Source: an uncultured delta proteobacterium
GTDB taxonomy: Bacteria > Myxococcota_A > UBA9160 > UBA4427
Direction: 5' to 3'
Assembly: GCA_963822965.1 (NCBI GenBank)
Contig: CAWGJT010000005.1
Coordinates: 1,120,001 to 1,184,000 of the forward strand
Length of the DNA stretch: 64,000 nt
This document shows, one piece after another, positions 10,714-20,062 of the stretch; position 1 is the first letter of the stretch; each line of letters opens with the position of its first letter. The notes below the pieces were generated by a model. It ran no database searches. It worked only from the letters and a program-made list of their open reading frames with translations, and was not told the origin of the DNA. A program made the translations under genes and the position numbers.

Positions 10714-11985
10714 CTACTTCCAGGGCACGACGATGCCCGTCATCTGACGGGCCTGCTCGACCGTGTACCGGATGCGCGCCAGCAGGGTCTGGACCCGCTC
10801 CGCCTCGGCGAGCTCGGCCGCCGCGAGATCCACGTCCCGCAGCACCTCCCCCAGCAGCCGATCCACCTGGCGACGCTCGCCGGCCTCGAGGAACAGCTCG
10901 TTCCGCGCGCGCCGGGCCTGCTCCTCGGCCGCAATCCTCTCGCTCACGTCCTGGAAGCGAAGCGAGACGACCCGCGCGCGTCCCTCGAAGCGCGGGATCG
11001 GCGTCGCGATGATCTCCACCCAGTGTCCGTCTCCCGCCTGCAGCGGGCCGATGGTCTCCTGGCCGGCGCGCGGGCCCTGCAGCAGCTGCCGGCTCAGCTC
11101 CTCCTCGCGAAACGACTCGCCCTCCGCGCCGCGGAACCGCCTCACCAGCAGCGAGATCACGTTGCGCCCGGGCAGCTTGAGGTCGGCGCCCAGCAGCTTC
11201 GAAGCGGCGGGGTTCGAGCGCAGCCAGCCCCCCTGCAGGTCCACGAGGACCAGCCCGTTCGGGTCGTGACGGACGGACTCCACCACGGCCGTCGGCAGCA
11301 GCGAGAAGAGGTGCGTCCGGTAGGCGCCGTAGAGGAACATGCCGCTCGCGCAGCCCAGACCCACGACGGTCAGATCGAAGGGTCGCCAGGCCGGGGGCGC
11401 GTACGAGAGCAGGTTGAAGCCGACGGTCACCGCGATGGCGCCGGCCATCAACAGGGCGTTGCGGCGAACGACCGCGTCGCGCGCCTTCCAGGCGAGCAGG
11501 GCGTAGAGCAGGATCGAGCCCCCGACCATCGCGTAGCCCCAGGGCACGAACACCCACCAGCCCCACAAATGCTCGTTGTTCGCGCCGATCACGGGCGTGA
11601 GGAAGAGACCGTGCAGGGGGTTGGTGATCAGGGCCGCCCACGACAGCGCCGCGATCACGATGGGAGCGCGGATCCACCAGCCTCGCGCCCAGGGGAAAGG
11701 CTGCCCCTGGGCCTCGGCGTAGCGGACCGCGAGGATCCAGCAGGCGGCCGCCGCCGGGATCGCCCCGGTGTAGAGCAGGGCGATTCCCACCTGCTCGGCC
11801 CAAAGATCGGTGGACACCAGGGTGACGGCGTCTCCCACCAGGTACAGGAGAACGAAGAGCTGGTAGAGGAAGAGCACGGGCCGGAGCGCGCGCGGCGGCC
11901 GCCGCACCAGGACCGAGAACGCCATGCCCGCGACCAGGCAGATCGCGATCGCATTCGGCAGCAGGGCAGGCACCACGGCACCCAT
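10714..11985 (-). CDS. 7TM (HisKA_7TM-like) sensor + PAS domain protein, no kinase domain
   Basis: About 7 hydrophobic helices with ITNPLHGLF; PAS-like GLVLVDLQGGWLRSNPAA..FQDVSER; short coiled tail. Confidence 0.75.
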   Translation of the reverse strand: MGAVVPALLPNAIAICLVAGMAFSVLVRRPPRALRPVLFLYQLFVLLYLVGDAVTLVSTDLWAEQVGIALLYTGAIPAAAACWILAVRYAEAQGQPFPWARGWWIRAPIVIAALSWAALITNPLHGLFLTPVIGANNEHLWGWWVFVPWGYAMVGGSILLYALLAWKARDAVVRRNALLMAGAIAVTVGFNLLSYAPPAWRPFDLTVVGLGCASGMFLYGAYRTHLFSLLPTAVVESVRHDPNGLVLVDLQGGWLRSNPAASKLLGADLKLPGRNVISLLVRRFRGAEGESFREEELSRQLLQGPRAGQETIGPLQAGDGHWVEIIATPIPRFEGRARVVSLRFQDVSERIAAEEQARRARNELFLEAGERRQVDRLLGEVLRDVDLAAAELAEAERVQTLLARIRYTVEQARQMTGIVVPWK

Positions 11986-12207
11986 GCGACGGTCCTCTCT
12001 CGTCCTCGTCCCCGGTGGGGCAGTCTATCAGAGCGCGACAGCACGCTGGCAATTTGATTGGGATCATTCGCGACCGGAACTGGCGTTGGAGGAGAGTGGA
12101 GAAACCTACAGCCTGCCTGCAGGTTTCTCCCGATCGGGCGCTTGCCGCGAACCGCCACTTGGCAAAGCCCCCCGAGGCGGGCCCGACGGCTTCGCTACCG
12201 TCGACAC

Positions 12208-13308
12208 GTGCCTTCCGTCCCCGTCCCGACCCCGGAGCAGTGGATCGCGCTGCTGGGAATCGCCGCTGCGCTGGTCGGGGGCGGCCTGCTGGCCCAGGTG
12301 GCGCTGCGCATCGCCGGGCGCGTGGTCCGCACCGCCGACGCGGTGATCGGCCGCTCCCTGACGAGCCGGCTCTCCCGGCCCGCCTGGCTGCTGGGCCCCG
12401 TCCTCGGTGCGCACGTCGCCCTGCCCCTGCTGCTGGAGCTGCCGGACCCCGTCCAGGCGGTAATCGAGCACGCGGTCTCGATCCTGGTCGTGGTGGCGGC
12501 CGCCTGGACCTTCATCGCCAGCACCGGCATCGCCAAGGACTGGCTGAGCGAGCGCTACGACCTCGACGCCGTCGACAACCTCTCCGCCCGCCGCATCCAC
12601 ACCAAGTTCGACGTGCTGCGCCGCATCCTGGTGATCGTGACGTCGCTGCTGGCCCTGGGCGCCATCCTCTTCGCGATTCCCGGAATGCGCAGCCTGGGGG
12701 CCGGCCTGCTGGCCTCGGCCGGCATCGCGGGCATCGCGGTGGGCATCGCGGCCCGGCCCACCCTCGAGACCCTGCTGGCCGGCCTGCAGCTCGCCCTGAC
12801 GGAGCCGATCAACCTCGACGACGTCGTCATCGTCGAGGGGGAGTGGGGAAGGATCGAGGAGATCCGCGCCACCTACGTGGTGGTCCGCATCTGGGACCAG
12901 CGCCGGCTGGTGGTTCCCGTGAGCTGGTTCCTCACGAAGCCCTTCCAGAACTGGACCCGCGTCACCGCCGATCTGCTTGCAGCGGTCACCGTCGACGTCG
13001 ACTACCGCACGCCCGTCGACAAGGTGCGCGCGGCCGCCGAGAAGATGGTCGCCGAGAGCCCGCAGTGGGACGGAAAATCCTGGGGGCTGCAGGTCGTGGA
13101 CGCAGGCGACCGGAGCATGCGCCTGCGGGTGCTGGCGTCGGTGGGCAGCTCGGGCGACGCCTGGGATCTGCGCTGCGCGGTCCGCGAGAAGCTGATCGCC
13201 TGGCTGCAGACCCACCATCCGGAAGCGCTCCCGCGCCTCCGCGTGGAGTCGGGCGCCGAGGCCTCGCCCCAGGCCGAGAGCAACGACCCGGACGAAGGCA
13301 GCGGCTGA
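12208..13308 (+). CDS. MscS-family mechanosensitive channel
   Basis: LLASAGIAGIAVGIAA, LDDVVIVEGEWGRIEEI, FQNWTR. Confidence 0.92.
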   Translation: MPSVPVPTPEQWIALLGIAAALVGGGLLAQVALRIAGRVVRTADAVIGRSLTSRLSRPAWLLGPVLGAHVALPLLLELPDPVQAVIEHAVSILVVVAAAWTFIASTGIAKDWLSERYDLDAVDNLSARRIHTKFDVLRRILVIVTSLLALGAILFAIPGMRSLGAGLLASAGIAGIAVGIAARPTLETLLAGLQLALTEPINLDDVVIVEGEWGRIEEIRATYVVVRIWDQRRLVVPVSWFLTKPFQNWTRVTADLLAAVTVDVDYRTPVDKVRAAAEKMVAESPQWDGKSWGLQVVDAGDRSMRLRVLASVGSSGDAWDLRCAVREKLIAWLQTHHPEALPRLRVESGAEASPQAESNDPDEGSG

Positions 13309-13317
13309 GCCGCGCCT

Positions 13318-13356
13318 GGAAGCGCGACCCAAGACGAAGTCTTGGGTCGCGCTTCC
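13318..13356. terminator. Perfect 18-bp stem hairpin between convergent genes
   Basis: GGAAGCGCGACCCAAGAC-GAA-GTCTTGGGTCGCGCTTCC; a second small hairpin follows at about 13365-13383. Confidence 0.7.
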
Positions 13357-13387
13357 GCCACGAAGGGAGCCCAACGGGCTCCCTCAG

Positions 13388-15775
13388 CTAGGGCGCCTGG
13401 CAGTAGTCGATGCCCATGTCGCAGAAGTCCTCGAGCCACCCGCTGCAGGACGGGTGCTCGATGGGCGTGCAGGTGGCACGTTCGGTGAAGACGCTGCCCA
13501 GGATCTCGGCGTCCTGCGACGCGTCGCACTTCAGGGTCTGGTCGTCCTCCTGGTCGAACCCGCTGCGCAGGGTGAACGGGGGCGAGCGCCGGATCGGGTC
13601 GCCCTCCCGCCACGTGATGCCCCGGATGCGGAACTCGTAGTCGGTGTCGAGGTTCTGCGCGATCCCGTCGGCGTCGGTCTCGTGGGGCCCCAGCCAGATG
13701 GCGCACCACTCCGCTCGATCGCGGCCGGCGGTCGCCAGGACGGTCACGATCTCCGTCCCGCCGCTGTCCTGGAGGCGCCCGTCCACCTTCGCGACGTCGA
13801 CCTCTCCCTTCCGGTGGATCGAGACCTCGGGAAAGTTGCGGTGACAGCCGGGGGCGGCGGCGTCCTGCTCGAGCTCGTCGAGGCGCGGCAGCGCATCCAG
13901 GAAGCAGTAGGTCGGGTAGTCGCGCTTCGGAATGCGCAGCTGCTTCGTCTCGGCGACGATCCGGTTCTTCGGGTCCGGGTCGGCGCTCGTCGGCTCGAGA
14001 TCGAGCGTCTGGACGATGCCCCAGAGCCCGTCGTCGACGTAATAGGCGGGATGGCCCACGTCCCGGGGCCGGAAGGAGTCCGTCTTTCCCGTCTCGTAGC
14101 TGTAGTCGCGCTTGGGCAGCCACGTCGGGGTGCCGTCGAGCCCCGCGGCGAGCTGGGAGAGCTGCACGGCCAGGTACGAGCCCGTCCCCGGACCGTAGTA
14201 GTCGGAGGCCCCCTCGTAGTACTGGGCGTCGTACTCCTCGGGAGTCGGGAAGTAGGAGACGTGGCCGTTTCCGAATCCGACGATGACGATGCGCTCGGGC
14301 GCGAGGCCGTCCTGCTTCGCGATGAGCCTGCGGGTGCGGGCCCCCATCATGGTGGACATCTCGCCGGGCACCCCCACCAGCACGGTTTCTCCGACCCGCA
14401 GAACCGTGAGCGGCGCCTTCCTGGGCGGCCGGTCCAGGCGGAATCCGTAGCGCCCCAACGACACTCGGATGCGGCCCATGTCGAACGTCAGGGGCGAGAT
14501 CTTCGATCCGTGCTGGGTGCGCCGGTAGCTCGTGACCTCCTCCCGTTGCGCCAGCTCGTAGAGGATGGTGCGGCCGTCGGGCGCACCGCCCAGCTCCGGG
14601 GCGCCTCCGTCCGGCTCGTCGGGGGTCTGTTGCTCGTACTTCTGGTCGTCGAAGGGATCCTCGAACGAGACCGCCGCCAGGGGCTCCACCTCCCGGTACT
14701 GGAAGCCCAGGCTGGAGGTCGCCTCCGCGGTGCCGGGGAGCGCGTCGCACACCTTCTGGGTGATCCGGTCCGACAGCGCCAGCAGGTCGGCGCGGTCGCG
14801 GGTCGACCACTGGGTGGTGACGTCGCCCTGGGCGCCGTTGAAGAGGGCGACCACCGGGAACTCCCCGTCGCCCGCGCAGGCGGCGGGCAGCTCACCGCGC
14901 TCCATGCGCAGCGCCGTGACCCCGAACAGATCGGCCGAGAAGACCTCCACCGTCGGGGGCAGCACGGTGGTGTGGGTCGCCAGGAAGCCCGCGAGGGCGA
15001 TCCGCTTCGAATCGCCGGCGCCGACCACCTCGATCAGGTCCACCCGGGGCGCGATCGCCAGGCACGAAAGCTCGTGAAAGCGCTCAGGCGAGGCCAGGGG
15101 ATGCGTCGCGTATGGAAGTGACGGACAGACGGCGGCCCCGGTGTCCCCAGCGGCCTTCAGGAAGTCGTACGCATCGCGGTTGCGCAGGAACGCGTTGAAG
15201 GCCCGGTTGCGGAAGAAGTCGGGGAGGATCGTATGGCCGGTCCGCAGGACGGCGGCCTGCTGCGAGTCCACGGCCTGGCGGACCGCCTCCGCGATCCGGT
15301 CGGCCAGGAACTCGAAGAGGTCGGCGTCGAAGCCGGGGAGGTGGCTCGAGTAGCTGTTGTAGAGCGGTGAGCTGAAGAAGTTGCCCGGACTCAGGTGGTT
15401 CTCGGTGGCCGTGAGCAGCATGTTCTCGCGCCCGATGTGCCGGGTCGCGTCGTCGTGGCTGAGCTTGTCGGCCACCCGGTCGGCCAGGCCGTTCGGCATG
15501 ATCATCAGGTCGGTCGAGATCAGCACGACCGCCCGGCAGCTCGCGTCCTGCAGGTAGACGGCCCGCGCCTCCAGGGGCGCCCAGGCGCCCCGGGACATGT
15601 GGCTCGCGATGGAGAAGCCGCCCAGCGGGTAGCCCGGCGTGGGCGTCAGATCGACCTTCGCCGCGCCCGCGCGAAAGCCCGCACAGGAGCCCGCCGGAAG
15701 GACGTCTCGCTTGGCGATGGTCCCGTGGATCGCCGCGCACGCCACCACCAGCGCAGACGCCAGGATCGGGAGCAT
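13388..15775 (-). CDS. Secreted neutral/alkaline ceramidase-like protein with a Cys-rich C-terminal extension
   Basis: Signal peptide, FRAGAAKVDLTP, LEARAVYL, NGAQGDV, VPGEMST, YFPTPEEYDAQYYEG. Confidence 0.8.
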   Translation of the reverse strand: MLPILASALVVACAAIHGTIAKRDVLPAGSCAGFRAGAAKVDLTPTPGYPLGGFSIASHMSRGAWAPLEARAVYLQDASCRAVVLISTDLMIMPNGLADRVADKLSHDDATRHIGRENMLLTATENHLSPGNFFSSPLYNSYSSHLPGFDADLFEFLADRIAEAVRQAVDSQQAAVLRTGHTILPDFFRNRAFNAFLRNRDAYDFLKAAGDTGAAVCPSLPYATHPLASPERFHELSCLAIAPRVDLIEVVGAGDSKRIALAGFLATHTTVLPPTVEVFSADLFGVTALRMERGELPAACAGDGEFPVVALFNGAQGDVTTQWSTRDRADLLALSDRITQKVCDALPGTAEATSSLGFQYREVEPLAAVSFEDPFDDQKYEQQTPDEPDGGAPELGGAPDGRTILYELAQREEVTSYRRTQHGSKISPLTFDMGRIRVSLGRYGFRLDRPPRKAPLTVLRVGETVLVGVPGEMSTMMGARTRRLIAKQDGLAPERIVIVGFGNGHVSYFPTPEEYDAQYYEGASDYYGPGTGSYLAVQLSQLAAGLDGTPTWLPKRDYSYETGKTDSFRPRDVGHPAYYVDDGLWGIVQTLDLEPTSADPDPKNRIVAETKQLRIPKRDYPTYCFLDALPRLDELEQDAAAPGCHRNFPEVSIHRKGEVDVAKVDGRLQDSGGTEIVTVLATAGRDRAEWCAIWLGPHETDADGIAQNLDTDYEFRIRGITWREGDPIRRSPPFTLRSGFDQEDDQTLKCDASQDAEILGSVFTERATCTPIEHPSCSGWLEDFCDMGIDYCQAP

Positions 15776-16061
15776 TCGAAGAAGGGACACGGGGGACCTC
15801 CTCGAAGCGGGACGCGCCGGGTGTGGGATCTTCGCATCCCCGCCCAACCCTACCGCGACCGCGAGCCGTCGGGCCACCGGGGCACCGGCCGCCGAACGCC
15901 GCCCGACCCCGACCCCCGTCGACCCGCTGGCTCGAGGCGAGAACCGACGGCAGGAGCGCGAGCGCTTTGTGCACATTTTCGCCCGGGATTTGTCACGGAG
16001 CGCGTTCCGCGCTCCGGATCTTGTGTCAGACTCAACGGGGGGAGTTCGTCGGTCAGGGCTC

Positions 16062-19000
16062 ATGCATTGCCATTCCTGCCAGACTCCGAACCCGGAAGAC
16101 GCACGCTTCTGCATGCGCTGCGGTCGAGCCCTGGAGACCGACCCGCCCGGCCGAGAACGGGAGGGACAGCGGCGACACATCACGGCGATGTTCTGCGACC
16201 TCGTGGATTCGACCGAGCTCTCCCAGCGCATCGACCCCGAGGAGCTGACCCTGGCGATCGGCTCCTACCAGGACCTGTGCGCGCGACGGATCGCGCGCCA
16301 CGGCGGCACCATCGCCCAGTACCTCGGCGACGGGCTCCTCGTCTACTTCGGCTATCCCGGCGCGCACGAGGACGATCCCGCGCGAGCGGTCCAGACGGCG
16401 CTGGAGATCCTGGAGGAGATGCCCGACGTGAACGCACGGCTCGCCGAGCAGCTCCCGTCGTTGCGCGGCCGGCCCCTCCAGATCCGGATCGGCATCCACA
16501 CGGGCGAGGTCGTGATGGGCACCCTGGGCACGAGCAAGGGGCCCCTCGCCCTGGGCGACACGGTCAACATCACGGCACGTCTCCAGGGCGAGGCCGAGGC
16601 GGGAACCGTCGTCATCAGCGACACCACGCAGCACGTCGTCCGACACCTCTTCGAGCTCGAGAGCCTGGGACCGCGGGCGCTGAAGGGCATCGAGGAGCCG
16701 CTGCACATCTACCGGGCCCGCTCCGAACGGGCGGAGCCGGACGCCGCGGTCGTCGCGACGCTCACGCCCTTCGTCGGCCGCGTGCAGGAGCTTTCGCTGC
16801 TCCTCGAGCAGTGGGAAGAGGCGGCTTCGGGGGCCGGACAGATCGCGCTCGTGAGCGGCGAGCCGGGCATGGGCAAGTCGCGCCTGCTCAAGGTCCTTCG
16901 CGAACGTCTCGAGGACCAGCCGCACACCTGGCTCGAAGGACGCTGCTCGCCGTACTACGAGAGCAGCGCCCTCCATCCCGTGTCGACCCTGCTGCGAACC
17001 GAGATCGAGCTCGAGGGGGAGGACTCGCCGGAGCAGCGGTTCGCGAAGCTCGAGGAGGCGCTCGCGCCCACCGGACTCCCGCTGGAAGAGATGGCTCCCG
17101 TCGTCGCCGGCCTGCTCTCGATCCCCCTGCCCGAGGGTCACCCCGAGCCGCCGTCCAACCCCGAGGTGCAACGGCGGAAGACGCTGGAGTTCCTGGCCAG
17201 CTGGCTCTTCCGGCTGAGCGAGGACGAGCCCGTGGTGCTGGTCGTCGAGGACCTGCACTGGGTGGACCCGTCGACCCTCGAGCTGCTGTCGATGGTGATC
17301 GCAAGGACCGGTGCAGCCCGCCTCTTCCTCGTCCTCACCTTCCGGCCCGGCTTCGAGCCGCCCTGGGACACCCTGCCGAACCTCCGGCGGCTCTCGCTCC
17401 ATCCCCTCACGCGGCAGCAGATGGCGCGGATGATCGAGAGCATCCAGCCCGGCCGCAGCTGGTCGCCCGAGCTGGTGACCCGCCTGGTCGCCAAGGCGGA
17501 CGGAGTTCCCCTCTTCGTGGAAGAGCTGGCCAAGGCGGTGCTCGAATCGGGCGTGCCCGTCGACGATTCCGACGGGGTGCCCGACTTCTCGATCCCGTCG
17601 ACCCTGCAGAGCTCGCTCACGGCTCGGCTCGACCGGCTGGGACCGGTTCGGGAGATCGCGCAGCTCGCGTCCGTGCTGGGTCGCGAGTTCTCCTGGGAGC
17701 TACTCGAAGCCGTCTCCACGTGGGACCCCGCGAGCCTCGAGGAGGGGCTGGCGGAGCTGTGTCGTGCGGGCCTCCTGCACCGCGAGAACCGAGCCGAGCG
17801 TCCGGGCGAGCCGGCTCGCGCCGACTACGTCTTCAAGCACGCCCTGATCCGCGACGCCGCCTACGAATCGCTGCTGCGCAGCGCGTGCCGTCGCATCCAC
17901 CGCCGGGTCGCCCAGGTGCTGGAACGGGACTTTCCCGACCGCGCGGCCAGCGCGCCGGAGCTCATCGCGCGCCACTACGACGAGGCCGAGCTCACGGCCG
18001 AGGCCGCCGTCTACTACCAGCTCGCCGCCGAGCGCGCGGCGGAGCGTTCGGCGAACGCCGAAGCCATCCGACATCTGACCCGCGGCATCGAGATGCTCTC
18101 GCGCGTCCCCCCGAGCCCCGAGCACAGACACCGGGAGCTCAAGCTGCAGACCCAGCTGGGCGTGCTCACGATGGCGGCGGACGGCGCGGCGGATCCCGGC
18201 GTCGAGCGCGTCTTCCAACGGGCGCGGGCGCTGTGCGTCGAGATCGGCCCCGTGACGGAGACCGGTCTGGCCCTCTTCGGGCTCTCGGTCTTCCACCAGG
18301 CCCGCGGCGAGCTCGATACGGCCGTCGAGCTGGGAGACCTGCTCCTGGCCCTGGCCGACCAGACCGGCGATTCCTCCCTGCAGGTCTCCGCGAGCCTGTC
18401 CCTCGGCATCCCCCTCTTCTGGACCGGACAGCCCGGGCGGGCCGTCGAACATCTCGAGCGGGCGGCCGCGCTCTACGACCCGGATGCGCACCGCGCGCTC
18501 GCCTACGCGTACGGCCAGGACCCGGCCGTGTCCGCCCGTTCCTACGACGCCCTGTGTCTGTGGCAGCTGGGCTCCGTGGATCGTGCGGCGGCGCAGAACG
18601 AGATGGCCGTCGCGAGCGCCGACGACGATCTCACCCTGGCGTTCGCGCTCACCTGGGCCGCATGGGTGTCGCAGCTGCGCGGCGACGTGCCCGCCGTGCG
18701 GGACTACGCGGAACGGGTCGGCAGTCTCGCCCGGAAGCGGGGCTACGTGCTGTGGGAGAACCTGGGCGCGGTGCTGCGCGGCTGGGCCGGAGCGGTCGGC
18801 GACCGGAACCTCGCCCGCGTCGAGGAGCTGGAGCAGGCGCTCGCGAAGCTCGCGGAGACGGGCACGCGGATCGTGGGACCGGCCATCGCCGGGCTCTACG
18901 CCGAGGCGCTGACCGGGGTCGGACGACTCTCCGACGCCGTCGCCGCCCTGGACGGCGCCCTCGAGATGGCCGCGTTCACCAAGACCCCGTACCTCGATGC

Positions 19001-19280
19001 CGAGCTGCGCCGGCAGAAGGGCGAGCTGCTCATCCGCATCGATCCATCGCGGCGCGAAGACGCGCTGGCCCTGTTCCAGGGATCGCTCGAGGAGGCGCGG
19101 ACGCGTCAGATGAGGTCGTTCGAGCTGCGCGCCGCCACCAGTCTCGCGCGCGAGCTTCGACGCGACGGGCGCGGGAACGAAGCCCGCTCCGTTCTCGCCG
19201 GGGTGTACGATGGGTTCAGCGAGGGCTTCGCGACTGCGGATCTGCGGGGGGCCCGGACGCTGCTCGACTCGCTGGCCTGA
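16062..19280 (+). CDS. Class III adenylate/guanylate cyclase with zinc ribbon, AAA ATPase and TPR-like domains
   Basis: CHSC..CMRC; MFCDLVDST, YLGDG, RIGIHTG, GDTVNITARLQ; P-loop GEPGMGKS, VEDLHWVD, GVPLFVEE, YVFKHALIRD. Confidence 0.92.
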   Translation: MHCHSCQTPNPEDARFCMRCGRALETDPPGREREGQRRHITAMFCDLVDSTELSQRIDPEELTLAIGSYQDLCARRIARHGGTIAQYLGDGLLVYFGYPGAHEDDPARAVQTALEILEEMPDVNARLAEQLPSLRGRPLQIRIGIHTGEVVMGTLGTSKGPLALGDTVNITARLQGEAEAGTVVISDTTQHVVRHLFELESLGPRALKGIEEPLHIYRARSERAEPDAAVVATLTPFVGRVQELSLLLEQWEEAASGAGQIALVSGEPGMGKSRLLKVLRERLEDQPHTWLEGRCSPYYESSALHPVSTLLRTEIELEGEDSPEQRFAKLEEALAPTGLPLEEMAPVVAGLLSIPLPEGHPEPPSNPEVQRRKTLEFLASWLFRLSEDEPVVLVVEDLHWVDPSTLELLSMVIARTGAARLFLVLTFRPGFEPPWDTLPNLRRLSLHPLTRQQMARMIESIQPGRSWSPELVTRLVAKADGVPLFVEELAKAVLESGVPVDDSDGVPDFSIPSTLQSSLTARLDRLGPVREIAQLASVLGREFSWELLEAVSTWDPASLEEGLAELCRAGLLHRENRAERPGEPARADYVFKHALIRDAAYESLLRSACRRIHRRVAQVLERDFPDRAASAPELIARHYDEAELTAEAAVYYQLAAERAAERSANAEAIRHLTRGIEMLSRVPPSPEHRHRELKLQTQLGVLTMAADGAADPGVERVFQRARALCVEIGPVTETGLALFGLSVFHQARGELDTAVELGDLLLALADQTGDSSLQVSASLSLGIPLFWTGQPGRAVEHLERAAALYDPDAHRALAYAYGQDPAVSARSYDALCLWQLGSVDRAAAQNEMAVASADDDLTLAFALTWAAWVSQLRGDVPAVRDYAERVGSLARKRGYVLWENLGAVLRGWAGAVGDRNLARVEELEQALAKLAETGTRIVGPAIAGLYAEALTGVGRLSDAVAALDGALEMAAFTKTPYLDAELRRQKGELLIRIDPSRREDALALFQGSLEEARTRQMRSFELRAATSLARELRRDGRGNEARSVLAGVYDGFSEGFATADLRGARTLLDSLA

Positions 19281-19306
19281 TCGGAGTCGGGCGCTGGGAG
19301 GGACTC

Positions 19307-20062
19307 GTGGAGGGGGCTGCATCGGTGCGGGATCGGGTGCGGACGCGCCGCCGCCGGCTGGTCAAGAGGCACGGCAAGCGCGCGATCCGAAGGCTGGCGT
19401 CCTTCCTGGGAAGACAGTCCCGGGTGGGGGACCCGCCCGTCTTCGACGTCGAGACCTTCCCCTGGGCACGCGACCTCGAGCTCGACTGGCGCCTCGTACG
19501 GGACGAAGCCGCTCGGGTGCTCGCCCGGCGGCGAGAGCTCCCGAGCTTTCCCCAGATCTCCCCGGACCAGAGTCGCATCGCGAACGACGACTGGAAGATC
19601 TTCTTCTTCTACGCGTTCGGATACAAGGACGACGACGCACTGGCCGACTGTCCGGAGACGGCCCGCCTGCTCGCCACCATCCCCCGCCTCGAAACCGCCT
19701 TCTTCTCGATCCTGCCGCCGCGCATCCACGTCCGGACGCATCGCGGCGTGACGAAGGCCGTCGTACGCGGCCACCTCGCACTCATCGTCCCCGGCGAGCC
19801 CGGTGCCTGCCGGATGCGGATCGGCGACGAGGTCCGACACTGGGAGCCGGGGCGCCTGCTCGTCTTCGACGACACCGTGCCCCACGAGGTGTGGAACGAC
19901 ACCGACGAGCACCGCGTGGTGCTGCTCTTCGACTTCCGCCGCCCCATGCGCCTGCCCGGCGAGCTGCTGGCGGCGGCATTCATCCGGGGGCTGCGTCTCA
20001 CGAGGTACGTGCGCGACGGTCTCGCGAACCACGCCGCCTGGAAGGCGGAGTTCCGGCGCTGA
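19307..20062 (+). CDS. Aspartyl/asparaginyl beta-hydroxylase-domain protein (Fe/2OG dioxygenase, LpxO-like)
   Basis: CPETARLL, AFFSILPP, HRGVTK, HLALIVP, FDDTVPHEVWN, RVVLLFD. Confidence 0.88.
   Translation: MEGAASVRDRVRTRRRRLVKRHGKRAIRRLASFLGRQSRVGDPPVFDVETFPWARDLELDWRLVRDEAARVLARRRELPSFPQISPDQSRIANDDWKIFFFYAFGYKDDDALADCPETARLLATIPRLETAFFSILPPRIHVRTHRGVTKAVVRGHLALIVPGEPGACRMRIGDEVRHWEPGRLLVFDDTVPHEVWNDTDEHRVVLLFDFRRPMRLPGELLAAAFIRGLRLTRYVRDGLANHAAWKAEFRR

Noticed and set aside
15395..20062. 1555-aa ORF
   Set aside because: Off-frame shadow of the cyclase gene; only the last ~250 aa (hydroxylase) look real.
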